Both the position numbers and the translations under genes were made by a program. This document shows, piece after piece, positions 1 to 24,731 of a stretch of DNA of 64,000 nt (the stretch's first letter is position 1; each line of letters begins with the position of its first letter). The stretch lies in NCBI RefSeq assembly GCF_009914755.1, contig NC_060925.1; one strand, 5' to 3'. The notes under the pieces were generated by a model. That model was not told the DNA's origin. It saw nothing but the letters and a program-made list of their open reading frames with translations, and ran no database searches. Source of the DNA: the human T2T-CHM13v2.0 reference genome, Homo sapiens.

Positions 1-3405
<3,405 letters not shown>

Positions 3406-3900
3406 GACCTTGCCAGTGTTTTAATTAAGTTGTTCCTTTCCCCATCCTTCCTTCCTTCTTGTTATCCTTTTTCTCCTGCTCCTTCTCCAGCCTTATTGCA
3501 CTGACTAAAACCTTCAGTACAAAGTTGAATAGAAGTGGTAGGATTAGTCATCCTACTGTTATTCCTGCTCTTAGGGAGATAGCATCCAGTCTCACCTTTA
3601 TGATGTTAGGTTTTCCCTAGATGCCCTTTATCAGGTTGAGGAAGTTCCATTGTAATCATAGTTTATTGAGTATTGTTAATCATGAAAAGGTGTTGGATTT
3701 TGTTAAATTCTTTTACTGCATCTATTGAGATGATCAATGTTTTTCTTTTTTAGTCTGCTATAGTTGATTACATTCATTAATTTTTGAATATTAAACCAAT
3801 CTTGCATTCCTAGAATAAACCTCACTTGGTCATGGTGAATTATCATTTTTCTATTTTGTTAGATTCAATTTGCTAAAATTATGTTAAGAATGTTTGCATT

Positions 3901-4193
3901 GTCTGAGCATGTTGGCTCACACCTGTATTCCCAGTACTTTGGGAGGCTGAAGCAGGAGGACTGCTTGAGGCCAGGAATTTGAGACCAGCCTGGGCAGCAT
4001 AGCAAGACCCCATCTCAGCAAAACAATAAAAATTAACTGAGTGTGGTGGCATGCCTGTGTTCCCAGCTACTCAGGAGGCTATGGTGGGAGGATCGCTTGA
4101 GCCCAGAAGTCCAAGGCCTCAGTGAGCTATTATCACACCGCTGCACTCCAGCTTGAATGACAGAGGGAGACTCTGTCTCAAAAAAAAAAAAAA
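3901..4193 (+). mobile_element. AluJ
   Basis: Diverged dimer with GGAGGATCGCTTGAGCCC and poly-A. Confidence 0.85.
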
Positions 4194-5110
4194 TTGATTC
4201 CATATGTATGAGGATATTGGACTATAGTTTTCTTTTCTCATAATGTCTTTATTTGGTTTTGGTGTCAGAGTAATGCTTGCTGACCTTAGAGAATGAGTTG
4301 AGAAGTACTGCCACCTCTTTAAATTAGTGGAAAAGTATGTGTGGAGATGTTGTTATTTCTCCCCTAAATGTGTTGTAGAGTTTATCAATAAAGCCGTCTG
4401 GGCCTGGAGTTTTCTTTGCAGGAAGATTTTTTTAAACTACCAATTCATTTTTTTAAAGATACAGGGTTTATGCAGGTTATCTATTTCTTCTTGAGTGAGC
4501 TCTTGCAATTTGGGTCTCAAGGAATTTGTCTATTTTTATTGAAGTTGTCAAATTTATTGGCATGATATTGCTCATAATATTCTTACTATCCTTTTAATAT
4601 CTATAGAACCTGTAGAGACTGTTATTTTTTTCATGTAACAGGTTTATTGAGATATAATTCACATACAATACAATATACTCATTTAGTGTATGATGCAGTA
4701 GTTCTTAATATATTCATAGTTTTATAACCATTACCACAATCAATTTTTGAACATTTTTATCAAGCCAAAAAGAAATTCCATACTCATTAGTAGTCATTCC
4801 CCATTTCCCTCCAATTCCCACTCCCTCAGCCCTTAGCAACCACTAATCTATTTTCTGTCTCTGTAGATTTCCCTATTCTGGATGTTTCATATAAATGGAA
4901 TCACATAATTTATATTGTTTTATGATTGGCTTCTCTCATTTAGCATAATGGGGTTGGGGGGGAGCTTTTTAAATGTAATTTTAAAAAGTATATATTTTTT
5001 TTCATAGAGACGAGTCTCACTATATTGCCCAGGCTGAGCCACTGTACCCAGCCCTAGCATAATGTTTTTAAGGTACATCCATGTCATAGTATCTATCAAT
5101 ATTTCATTCC

Positions 5111-5423
5111 TGGCCAGGCACAGTGGCAGATGCCTGTAATCCCAACACTTTGGGAGGCTGAGGCAGGAGGATCACTTGAGCCCAGGAGTTTGAGACTATC
5201 CTGAGAAACAAAGGGAAACCCCATTCTTTACCCCTCCCTCCCCGACACACACACACACACACAAAATTAATAGGGCATGGAAGTACATGCTTGTGGCCCC
5301 AGCTACTCGGGAGGCTGAGGCGGGGGAGGATCGCTTGAGCCTGGGAAGTTGAAGCTGCAGTGAGCCGTGATTGTGCCACCACACTCCAGCAGGCAGCAGA
5401 GCAAGACTGTCTTAAAAAAAAAA
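5111..5423 (+). mobile_element. AluJ with (CA)n in the mid-linker
   Basis: Alu dimer; CA run at ~5245-5263. Confidence 0.85.
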
Positions 5424-5569
5424 TTCATATTTTCTATGGCTGAATAATATCTATTTCATTTTATAGGTACACCACATTTTTTATCCATTTATTAGTTGAT
5501 GTACATTAGGATTGTTTCTACTTTTGGGCCATTATCAATAATGCTGATGTGAACATTTGTGTATAATTT

Positions 5570-6273
<704 letters not shown>

Positions 6274-6402
6274 TATGTTTAACCTTTTAAAGAACTACCA
6301 GACTTTTCCAAAACAGCAGCAACAGTTTACATTCCTGTCAGCAGGGGATGCGTGCTCCAATTTCTCCACATCCCCACCAACAATTGTTATTAACTTTTTT
6401 AT

Positions 6403-8264
<1,862 letters not shown>

Positions 8265-9362
8265 AACTTTTTTATTATAGCCATCCTCATGGGTGTGACA
8301 GTGATGTCTCTCTTGTTCTTAATATTGGTAACTTGTGACTTCCCTCTTTTGTCTTTATCAGTCTAGTAGAAGTTTATTGGTTTTGTTGAACTTTTCAAAG
8401 AACCAACTTTTGGGTTAATTAGTTTTCTCTCATTTTTTGCTATTTCATTGATTTCTGCTCTGGTCTTTGTTATTTCCTTTCTTCTGCTTATTTTGAGTCT
8501 CTTTTTCTAATTTCTTAAGATGGAAACTAAGATCATTGATTGGAGATCTTTGCTGATATAGGGGTTTTAATGCTATACATTTCTTGCTATGTACTGCTAT
8601 ACTAGATCTCACAAATTTAATGAATTGTATTTCTCATTCAATTCAAAATGCTTTCGAGTTTCCCTTTGATTTCTTCTTTGATTCATGGGTGATTTAGAAG
8701 TGTGTTATAAAATATTTGAGGATCTTCCAAATATTATTCTCTAATTAATTTCTAATTTAATTTCATGTGGTCTAAGAACATATTTTGTATGATATGAATC
8801 TTTTAAATTATTGACTTGTTTTCTGTCCCAGACAGAATATGGTGATAAATGTCTTACCTGTATGTGAGTAGAATATGTATTGTGCTCTTGTTGGCAGGAG
8901 TGTTCCATAAATGTCAATTACGTCAAATTGATTGATAGTATTATTAGAGTTTCTGACTAATTTTATCAGTTATTGAGAGAGGGGATCCAGCTATTGTGGA
9001 TTTGTCCATTTCTTTTTTATTTCTATCAGTTTTGCTTTACGTATTTTGAAGCTCTGTCATTAGGTGTATAAACATTTAGAATCATTGTGTACCCCTTGTT
9101 GAAATGATCCTTTTATCATTCTGAAATGACCCTTTTAATACCTAGCAGTATTTTTGCTATGAAATCTACTTTGTCCGACATTAATATAGACATTCTAGCT
9201 TTCTTTTGATTAGTGTTAGCATAATATATTTTTCTGTCCTTTTACTTTTAACCTATTTGTATCTTTATATTTATTAAAGTGGTTTTTTCATAAGGAATAT
9301 ATAGTTGGGTCTTGCATTTTTATCCAATCTAACAACCTCTGCCATTTCATTGACATGTTTAG

Positions 9363-9501
9363 ACCAAGGATCAGCAATCTATAGCCCACAGGCCAAACCT
9401 AACCACTGCCTGCCTTTGGAAATAAAGTTTTATTGGAACGCAGCCAAGTCCATTCATTTGTGTATTGTCTGTGGCTGCTGTCACACTCCAGTGGCAGAGT
9501 T
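9363..9501 (+). mobile_element. MER58-like hAT-Charlie fragment
   Basis: AATAAAGTTTTATTGGAAC...CATTCATTTGTGTATTGTCTGTGGCTGCT motif. Confidence 0.7.
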
Positions 9502-10118
9502 TGCTCACCTATTATGCAGACCATTTACATTTCATGTGATTATTGATGTGGTTGTTTCTTTTTTTTTAACGTGGTTGGATTTTAAACTACTGTGTTGCTA
9601 TTTCTTTTCATTGGTCCCATCTGTTCTTTTCTCCCTTTTTCCTTTTTTTAAACTTCCATCTTGGGGATTAATTGGGAATTTTTCATTATTCCATTTGATA
9701 TCGTTTGTTGACTTATTAGCTATAACTCCTTTTTCTGTTATTTTAGTATTTGCTGTTAAAGCATTCAGAAAATAACCACAAGGAATTACCCTGGGATTTC
9801 TTGATTCTCTTAATCTGACTTCATCTACCAGAATGTTACCTTTCTGGCTCCTGATAAATTAAGGCATAATGCCGTAGCTTTATTCCCATTGACTCTTTAC
9901 AGAAAAGAAAGATGGAGGAAATAGGGACTTTTGTTTGCCTATATATGAGTATCCGAAATAGATTTCCTATATATGATTTGGATTAAGAGTAGAATTGCAT
10001 TTTTAGGAACATTGACCTGTAAGATATGTTACAGTGATTAATTCATTAGTTTCAGTCACTTTTTGAAATAGTAAGTGATTGTTAAGATGCTCCAAGGTAA
10101 AAATCTGCATCTTTGCAG

Positions 10119-10214
10119 GCTACCATCAATATTGTTTTTGATCGAGTTGGGAAAACGGATCCTGTCACAAGAGGCATTGAGATCACTGTGAATTATCTGG
10201 GAATCCAATTTGAT
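10119..10214 (+). CDS. GPR89A: GPR89 (Golgi pH regulator) internal exon, ATINIVFDRVGKTDPVTRGIEITVNYLGIQFD
   Basis: TTTGCAG|GCT acceptor; GAT|GTAAGT donor; 96 nt, phase 0; GPHR peptide. A versus B inferred from adjacency to full-length PDZK1. Confidence 0.9.
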
Positions 10215-10337
10215 GTAAGTGTTATATCAAGATCCTGGTTTGTCATGTTTCTGTTTTATCTACTATAACTTACCATTGTTAAGATTCTAATTTGTATACT
10301 TTAGGTACTTGCTTCTGCTTTTGTTCTTCCCACTCTG

Positions 10338-10398
10338 TATATTTTGACGTATTCACATGGAAAATTTTTATATTTTGATGTATTCACATGGAAAATTT
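10338..10398. repeat. 31-bp tandem duplication
   Basis: TATATTTTGAYGTATTCACATGGAAAATTT twice. Confidence 0.9.
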
Positions 10399-11156
10399 GT
10401 AAAAGGCCAAGATTCTCTCTCTTAACATAAAGCCAGAAGTAATGATTGATACTTAATATTGTCATGGATGCTGATTATTTCTACAGCTGCTCCTCTGCTT
10501 CTCTATAGGCAGCTACCAGTTTACCATTTTCTCCCCACCAAAGTATTCAAATACTTCTCTCTGTGATTCTTATTAAGCTCTTCAAACACACAACTCAGCT
10601 TTGATGCTCCAGTGGAAAATTAGCTACTAATTAGTGTTCTGTGTTAGAGCTGAAATGATTTCTGCTGTAAGAAATGATCTTTATCTATTAATGTGGACCT
10701 TGGGCTAAAGATGGTAACTGTCACCTATGCACAAAATTTTTTTTTAAATTGTCTTTTTACTGTTTCATAATACCACTGTCATAAATACACCCTTGTCCTA
10801 ATTGAAGTTCAGTGTCTTTATTCATAAACCAGAGCCAATGACTCTGGCTGAATAGCACTTTAATAGTAAGACCAATGTCATATTCTTAGTCCCAGTGTAG
10901 GCCATTTAGCTGTGCTGTCAACCTAGACGCAGACTGCGTGCTACCCCCAGCCATCCATCCCAGCCAGACGTGCCCCTAATCTCAAAAGGACTTGGATGAA
11001 ATGAAAATGAACGAGAGCAAATTGAGCCCCAATCCTTGAGAAACAGCTCAATGTACATGTTTCTTGATGCTAGATCAATAGTGTATCCTCTTTGAGTGTG
11101 AAGGAACATGATATCTTTTCTTCAAGTGGTATATAAATTATATTAAATATGCTTTA

Positions 11157-12794
<1,638 letters not shown>

Positions 12795-13342
12795 TAGGTG
12801 GTACCATGAGATAATTTTACCTCATTAAGAATTCTGCCTCCTGAGACTTTAAACAACAGTGTCAAGGATTTAAAAGACATACAACAGAATTTTTTAAAAG
12901 TTAAACTACTACATAAATTGATGATGATATATTTACATCATATACCAATTATAGATAAGTACATTCACTAAAGGTGATAGAGTAAGATATGGGTCTGTTT
13001 TGTTCACTGATATGTTATCAGTATCTAGAACAGAACCTAGCACATGGTAGGCAGATATTCAGCAGATATTTGAGACTGGAAGAATAGTTGTGAGAGTCAC
13101 TTACAGAGAAGATATGGAAGTAAGGGAGCAGAATATAGCAAGTCCTTAATGTCATCAATAAGTTCTTGGAAACAGCAGCTTTAAGCAAAACTATATACCA
13201 AGTCCTCAAAAAAATGTTTCGTTCAACATTTCATTATAATGCTGTGAGAAAAATGTAGTTTTGTTATACATCATTTCACTTAAAATCTCAGTTTCCAAGA
13301 TCCTATAAATGGCATTAAGTAAGGACCTACTGAATTCAACTA

Positions 13343-15904
<2,562 letters not shown>

Positions 15905-16414
15905 AATTCATCTATTTTCTAATCAACGTAGGAAGACTTCACGGAGGTGGAAAGTGAGTCCTCTCTGGTAGGAAAGGTAGGGATTTAAAAATCCAGGAGC
16001 TTTTGAATGAAAGAGAAGTGGCTGGGACAGGAAGGGATCTGCAGGCATCTAGCACAGTTTTAGAAAGAGCGTGGGAGCCTACTAACAATTACAACCGCTT
16101 GGAGTGGGCTGGAGTGATCTGACTTAATGTTTTATAGTGATGTTAAGTCATATGTATCACATAGTTTCTGAAGTTTGATAGCAATAGGAATCCTTTCATA
16201 TGTTATGTAATTAAATTACCCCCAGGGGGAAAGTATAACTTTTTCAGCAGTCTATTTTAAGTCTCTTCTTTATAGTCTTAATCATATGAATTGTTCTATA
16301 CAGGATTGTGGCATGGAAGAGACACTTTTAATCAAATGTTAACCATATTTCTTACTGTTCGTGACACAGGAATCTAACACTACTGCATAAATTCATCTCC
16401 CTCTTTCTTGACAG

Positions 16415-16480
16415 TTCTTTTATGCCATCTCTAGCAGTAAGTCCTCCAATGTCATTGTCCTGCTATTAGCACAGATAATG
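16415..16480 (+). CDS. GPR89A: GPR89 penultimate exon, FFYAISSSKSSNVIVLLLAQIM
   Basis: TTCTTGACAG|TTC acceptor; ATG|GTAAGT donor; 66 nt. Confidence 0.9.
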
Positions 16481-16623
16481 GTAAGTTTAATTAGTTACCT
16501 TTATGTTTACAGCTGTAAAATATCAGAAATGTGCTTGATACTTTTAAGAATTTTAATAATTTCCTTTGTCCTGTTCCTCACTACATTCAGAGTCACTTCT
16601 GGATTAATTCATTTGACTTACAG

Positions 16624-16830
16624 GGCATGTACTTTGTCTCCTCTGTGCTGCTGATCCGAATGAGTATGCCTTTAGAATACCGCACCATAATCACTGAAGT
16701 CCTTGGAGAACTGCAGTTCAACTTCTATCACCGTTGGTTTGATGTGATCTTCCTGGTCAGCGCTCTCTCTAGCATACTCTTCCTCTATTTGGCTCACAAA
16801 CAGGCACCAGAGAAGCAAATGGCACCTTGA
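16624..16830 (+). CDS. GPR89A: GPR89 last exon coding part, [20 protein letters not shown]...[11 protein letters not shown]
   Basis: TACAG|GGC acceptor; TGA ends at 16830; matches the GPHR C-terminus. Confidence 0.92.
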
Positions 16831-17232
16831 ACTTAAGCCTACTACAGACTGTTAGAGGCCAGTGGTTTCAAAATTTAGATATAAGAGGGGGGAAAAATGG
16901 AACCAGGGCCTGACATTTTATAAACAAACAAAATGCTATGGTAGCATTTTTCACCTTCATAGCATACTCCTTCCCCGTCAGGTGATACTATGACCATGAG
17001 TAGCATCAGCCAGAACATGAGAGGGAGAACTAACTCAAGACAATACTCAGCAGAGAGCATCCCGTGTGGATATGAGGCTGGTGTAGAGGCGGAGAGGAGC
17101 CAAGAAACTAAAGGTGAAAAATACACTGGAACTCTGGGGCAAGACATGTCTATGGTAGCTGAGCCAAACACGTAGGATTTCCGTTTTAAGGTTCACATGG
17201 AAAAGGTTATAGCTTTGCCTTGAGATTGACTC

Positions 17233-17363
17233 ATTAAAATCAGAGACTGTAACACTTTTGCCTTACGTTCATTTTATCAAGCATAGCTTGGTATTTATTA
17301 TGCTTGTGTGATCTAACATCAGTTAGCATCCCACACCTCCTCATCTGATCCTGCCCCATTAAA
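17233..17363 (+). terminator. GPR89 candidate polyadenylation signals (ATTAAA x2)
   Basis: ATTAAA at 17233-17238 and 17358-17363 in the 3' UTR. Confidence 0.55.
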
Positions 17364-17659
17364 ATAACCAAGAAAGAGGTTATCTGTTCTTTTCCGGGAA
17401 AGGGGTGGTATGCACCTGAAATAGATTTTACCAAAAGAGAGATTTCAGGTATGTCATTTTTTCTTGATTTCCTGTGAACTTAGTATTATACCCTACTTTC
17501 AATTCGGTAGTGATGTTTCCTTTTTTTTTTTTCTATCTGCCCCTCACGCTGTGGGGTGAAACCGTGAATAACTTAACTGGGGGAATAAGTCACTTGTGAA
17601 AGGGAAATGTTGAAAAATTTTTAGAACACTCAGACATGCAATTTAAGAAAATTCTGAAT

Positions 17660-17797
17660 TTTATTACTAAGGTCTTATTCTGTACTTTATTGTGTTTTGG
17701 GTTTCTAGAGGCAAATGAAGGTTAAAGCATAAAAAGTGAATCCAAAACAAAAGCACTATCAAGCATACTCAAAAGGCATTTGTTAATGGTATTTATT
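17660..17797 (-). terminator. PDZK1 polyadenylation signals (three AATAAA)
   Basis: TTTATT on the + strand at 17660-17665, 17686-17691 and 17792-17797, 430-570 nt past the stop. Confidence 0.7.
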
Positions 17798-18225
17798 CTA
17801 GCAACCACAACATTGTTACAAAAGCACAATTTTAATAGGCTTATCTGCTAAGATGCTTTTATAAGCAGCTGTCACCTATACAGAGTTATGAATCATCTTT
17901 GGTGCTCAAGGAACCTGTAGAAGTAAGAGACATCATCATACAGAGAAATGTAGTTAAGTTAAGTTGAAGCTTGGAAAAGATCACATGAAAAAAATCTAGC
18001 TCTTGCCTTATCTCTTCCTAAGTTAAGCATAAATTAGCCGTCTGCAATAGCCGCCTGTAAGACAAATGATAACAGAAGACAATCACACATGGTGAATGGT
18101 TTCCAGTGGAGTTTTTCTTCTAAAGAGACAGTAAACAGGTCACAACTCATTCCTTGAGAAAGGATTCCTATTAAATACCCAGAAACAGCTATCAAATAAA
18201 CAGCCAAAGCTATTACTTGTTTTCA

Positions 18226-18279
18226 TCACATCTCTGTATCTTCAGAATTGGAAGAAGAATGTGAGGCTGTACTGTGGGC
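18226..18279 (-). CDS. PDZK1: PDZK1 exon 9 coding part, AHSTASHSSSNSEDTEM* (C-terminal PDZ-binding motif DTEM)
   Basis: CAG|GCC acceptor at 18280/18279; stop TGA at 18228-18226 followed by a second TGA; brings the total to 519 aa. Confidence 0.95.
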   Translation of the reverse strand, partial: AHSTASHSSSNSEDTEM

Positions 18280-19519
18280 CTGTGTATAAGAAAACAAAGA
18301 ATTTACAAATGGTAGAGTAATGAAAGAGGGATGATCTATTCTAGAGTTGCATGACTTAAGTCGGGGAGTAGAGTCACTCACTAGAATTTCTTTCTTTCAC
18401 AGCATGCAGTTGACAGCAATTGTGTAGAGCTGATAAATCAAGTAAAAAGTTTATCAGTATTGTAATGGGAACCCCCAGAAGAGCCTGAATCAGATGATCT
18501 GGGTATGACTAGAAGTCAGGTGACCTGAATTCTACACTTGATTGTTTTCAACTTGCTGTTTGACACATTAACAAATTCCTTAATGTCTGTGTATATTTCT
18601 TTTTTATAAGACTAGGATATTGACTTCCTAAAGAGAAATTACAGAATTTTTAAATGACAACTAATACAACTAATAGTATTTATTAAGCATTCCTGAATAC
18701 AAATCAGTGGGCATTGTGTGTGTTCATTAAACTGAGTTTATTAAAATGAATATTCCACCCATTAGCAGAATTAATATAATGGAAAGAAGAACAACATTGA
18801 ATTAAACTTTTTTAGAGTCTCGGCTTTGCTATAAATTTCCTTTATGAACTTGGATAAGTCAGTTTACTTTTCGACCTCAAGTTCATCTATGAAAAATTGG
18901 GCAAAAATATAAAACTGAGACTTACCAAGAAATTTAATCCAAATATATAGAGAATAATATAGAGAATGCTTAATCTTTCCTAGTAATAAAACTGGATTAC
19001 CTGTCAGTTGTTTTAAACAATATTGTCTTTAACCGTCACCACTTACATGCTCACTATGAGCCAGCCACTATTCAAAGCACTTTAATATAGTTAATCTTAG
19101 TTAACATGATCCTGATAACAATCCTACAAATTATTCCTGTTTTATGGGTGGGAAAACTGAGGAACAGAACAAATAAATCCATTTCCCCACAGCTGACAAA
19201 TGACAGAACCAGAATTCATATCTAGATCATCCGATTCAGGCTCTTTTGGGGGTTCCCATTACAATACTGATAAACTTTTTACTTCTTGATTTATTAGCTC
19301 TAGACAGTTGCTGTCAGCTGCATGCTATGAAAGTAAGAAATTTGTTGTTCTTATACTGCCTCCTGTCCTCTACAATAACTTGATTTGTTAGTTATCTTTA
19401 CATTTTCATTTTCTAGTTTTAAAAAAATCTGTGGCAAACATAGACATTAAATATACTCATAGGGACTGTACCCATACTCTAGTAAATTAGATCACGAAAA
19501 GAAATAGGCCCCCACTCAC

Positions 19520-19810
19520 CCGTTCTTTTGCCATGTGCGAGTCATGGTTTGACTCCACCACTATTCCTTCTTTAGAATCTGGAGGGGTGTCAAGTGGATC
19601 AGCCAGGGAGGAAACAATAGGGATTTTCTTAGCTTGGAAATAATCATAGGCCTTCTTTCCACAGACTAGAAGTGTGACATTCTTCCCACTGCTCTGGATT
19701 CTATCCACCACCTTCTCATAGGGTTCATCTAGCACATTCACCCCATTCACTTCAATGATGACATCCTCATCCTCTAGCCCAGCCAAGTCAGCAGGACCGC
19801 CCTTCTGTAC
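19520..19810 (-). CDS. PDZK1: PDZK1 exon 8 (291 nt; PDZ4)
   Basis: [23 protein letters not shown]...HMAKER; CAG|GTA acceptor; CGG|GTGAGT donor. Confidence 0.97.
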
Positions 19811-20440
19811 CTGTGAACAGAAGTTCTGAGTTATCAATTTCAAACAGAGAAGGGGACATCAGACTAGCTCTCCTTAAGAGAATAGATGAGGAGCTCAAGA
19901 ATTTATTTTTAATCATGTTATTATTTCTCCTTGAGGTATAGAAGTTGAGAAAGGTGTTCTAATGCTTTTATATTTATGAAGGCTATAACTTCCATATTCA
20001 CATGATTAGTGGTATTATAAATAGTGGTTCAGCATCATATGTCTTCTGGGATGAAGGGGGATAAATAGGTCCCCCTTCTTCACTCCCAACTTGAAAGCTT
20101 TAGGGATTCTTATCAGTCCCTACAGGGTAAGGGGCATTATGCCAAATGCACAGAAGCAAACAAATATGACTGCCAATCAGGGTTGATAGTGACTGTCAAC
20201 TAGAGTTCAGTCAACTCACACTGTTTGGAACAGATGTTTGGGAAACAAACAAACGTGAGCTTATGATGTACTGGTAGCTAACCTAAAGGGTGTGGGACCA
20301 TGACAACATTTATCTGAACCCAAGTGAGACCCCTCAGTGTGTGCCTTCAATGGAACCTCTCTACTAAGCCATCAATGGGTGGGAAAAGCTGAGACTATCC
20401 TAATTGTGGCTGTGTTTGTTGGGCTGCTGGAACCAGATTA

Positions 20441-20749
<309 letters not shown>

Positions 20750-21152
20750 TTAAGGTATCATACATATTCCACTCTTCTTCTGGATGTGTCTGATTGTAGG
20801 CTGTAAAATTCCTCTACTACCCCAACCAGGAAAGGTATAAAAGAAGACTGTGCTTCGTTATGGAGTAATATGTGTATACATGTACACAAATGCACACATG
20901 AACATAAAAGCAGTATAGGATGCGGTACAAGGATCCCAAAAGAAGTCTAAAAAATTGCTAGTTTCTTTTGAGTGAGTTCATGATAGTGAGCAAGTCACTG
21001 AACAAGCTATACATAATCTCCCTGTTGGGAAATGACATATCTGACCGACTAGCCGGTACCTCATGCAGAGTACATTCTTCTGGCTTTTCCTTTCGGTAAG
21101 ATGGTCTTCAGAGCTCCTTAAACACATTAGAAAAAGTAAAACACAAGACACT

Positions 21153-21656
21153 TGTGATAGTTAATTTTAGATGCCAACTTGACTGGATTAAGGAATACCT
21201 AGAAGCCCGGCAAAGCATTATTTTGGTGTGTGTCTGTGAAGGTGGTTCCAGAGGGGATTAGCATGCGAGTCTGAGTGAACTACAGAAAAGGCAAAGGTGT
21301 CAGTCTGTCTGCTAGAGCTGGGATACCCTCTTCCTCTCCTGTGCTTGGACATCAGAATTCCTGGTTCTCCGGCCTTTGGACTCTAAGATCTACAGCCGCA
21401 GCCCCCCAGATTCTCAGGCCAAATGCACAGAAGCAAACAAGTAGGACTGCCAATCAGGGGTGATGCCAGTAATGTGGCTCAGTCAGATTTGGACGGAGCC
21501 ACACTACTGGCATCCCAGGGTCTCAAGCTTGAAGACAGCCTGTCGTGGGGCTTCTCAGCCTCCATAATCATACAAGCCAATTCCCCTAATTAATCTCCTC
21601 TCATACCTGTATCTATATCCTACTAGATCTGTCTCTCTGGAGAATGTTAATATAAC
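21153..21656 (+). mobile_element. MLT2 (ERVL) solo LTR in PDZK1 intron 6
   Basis: TGTGATAGTTAATTTTAGATGCCAACTTGACTGGATTAAGGAATACCTAGA start; ...CTCTCTGGAGAATGTTAATATAACA end. Confidence 0.8.
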
Positions 21657-22508
21657 ACTATTTTTATCACTATCCAAAGATTCAAAGCTACTAGAAGAGA
21701 CCAACCCATATACACAGGAATAATTGGTGAGAGGGTGACAGCTGTTATATGGTCACATATTGTAACAAAAGTTAATTCCAACCCTTTGCTGCTTGCCAAT
21801 ACCCTCCCCTTCCAGACCTGGGATCTGTGCTTATTTATTTTGCTATGTATTGTTGTAAGCATTAGCTGTCACTTCTATTATGCCAAACTCTCCAACATCT
21901 TTAAATACTCCTAATTCATATCAACTCCCAGACCATCCATGTAAAGAAATGATGATCTTGAATACCGAAGAGGCATAGAACAGGAAACAGGATTGATTTT
22001 TTTGTAATAGAATTACAAGCCTAACTGGCTGTTTTAGTTGAGACAATTAGAAGGGTGGACCTGGGTATGGTGTGATCCTGGATCAGCAGCTAAATGGCTG
22101 CCCACACGTGTCCGGAACATTTGTTAGGTGATGAGTAGGAAATCAAGCAATGGAAGGTGAGCACAGTGTGGGCTCTACTTCAAATCGCACTGTTTAGCAG
22201 CCTGACTAAAATTAGATTTTTAGTCCTCTGGTTATCATGTGTCTTACTAACCACAAGACCACATCTCCTTCCTTTCTAAGTGAGAATACCACCAGCACAG
22301 AACCTCCTAGTTACCCAGTTCAACTAACTTCAGACCTTTCAGTCATATACTTGCAACAGTTCCACAATGGAGCCTTTCTCTTTAAAATATGGAAAATTAT
22401 CAGGTGACTCATTACATGCAAAAATACGTCTGATAACACTACCCAAACAAGCAAATCAACTGTATCTGACAGTCGCAGCTCATCTCGAGGCAAAGTGCAA
22501 TAACATTA

Positions 22509-23598
<1,090 letters not shown>

Positions 23599-24693
23599 TC
23601 AAGCTAAATACTCACATGGTGGCTTCCAAAACCTCTTCCCTGGTTACCCTTGTCATTGCCTTCTTAAAGTGAAGTTCTTGAAACCGGACACAATATTGAT
23701 TGAACAAATAGAACATTTAGATGTGTGAGGCATTATTCTACATGCTCTGAATATTCCAATTCAACCCTCATAGCCACCCTTCGCTGTAGCTACTACCCCT
23801 CTCTTACAACTAAGGAAACTGAAGCACAGAGAGAGGTGGTAACTATATTACCAGGTATTCCAAGTATGGTCTGACCAAGTAAGTACAGTAAGATGGTCAT
23901 CTCTAGAAGCCAAGTGTCTGTCAGTTAATTTTTAAATTACCATATTTGGATGGGGCAACCACTTGGACTATGAAGTTTCTGGTCTTTTTCTGTAGTCCTC
24001 AAATCAGGTCTCACCATGTGGTATTCATACAATTTACTTTTAGGTTAGTATAGTACATCTGAAATTTATTCTTATTTCTTTAGTTTTCATTCTTTCTATC
24101 CTAACTAAATATTTTGAGTATTAATTACACCATCCAGCAAATGAATTATCTAGTGCCACTTTAAGTATGTTAATATATTTTCCATATCTCCTTTCAACTT
24201 TAAGCACATAAACGGTTAGGAACAAGTAGCATGCCATTAGAGACTTCTATTCAAGTTGATATTCAGGTTGATATCAAGTATTTTCTAGGTATGATTGTTC
24301 AAGTAGCTAAAAAAAAAAAGCCATTAATCTAATTAATTGTTTAATCCTGCTTACAAGATTATCTTGAAAAAATGTGCTGGGGAGTATGGTATAATGAATT
24401 ACGGGTCCAAGAATTTGGGTTCAGATACCACCTTCAGTCTTTACTAAGCTGCGTGACTTTAGCAAAGTGCTTAGTCTCTCTAAGCTTCGGTTTCCTAATC
24501 TATGAGGAGGGCCTAAGATATCACCACCCATCATATTCCCCCCTCTGTACCGCTTATTTTAGATTCTACTATCATTGTATATCACAGAGGACATTTATCT
24601 TGTTCATCTTTACAATCAACACTTAGCAAGACAGATGGTACTTAGAAGGCCCCCCAGGTTATCTGTTAAACTAGACAACCTCAGTTCTTGTGT

Positions 24694-24731
<38 letters not shown>

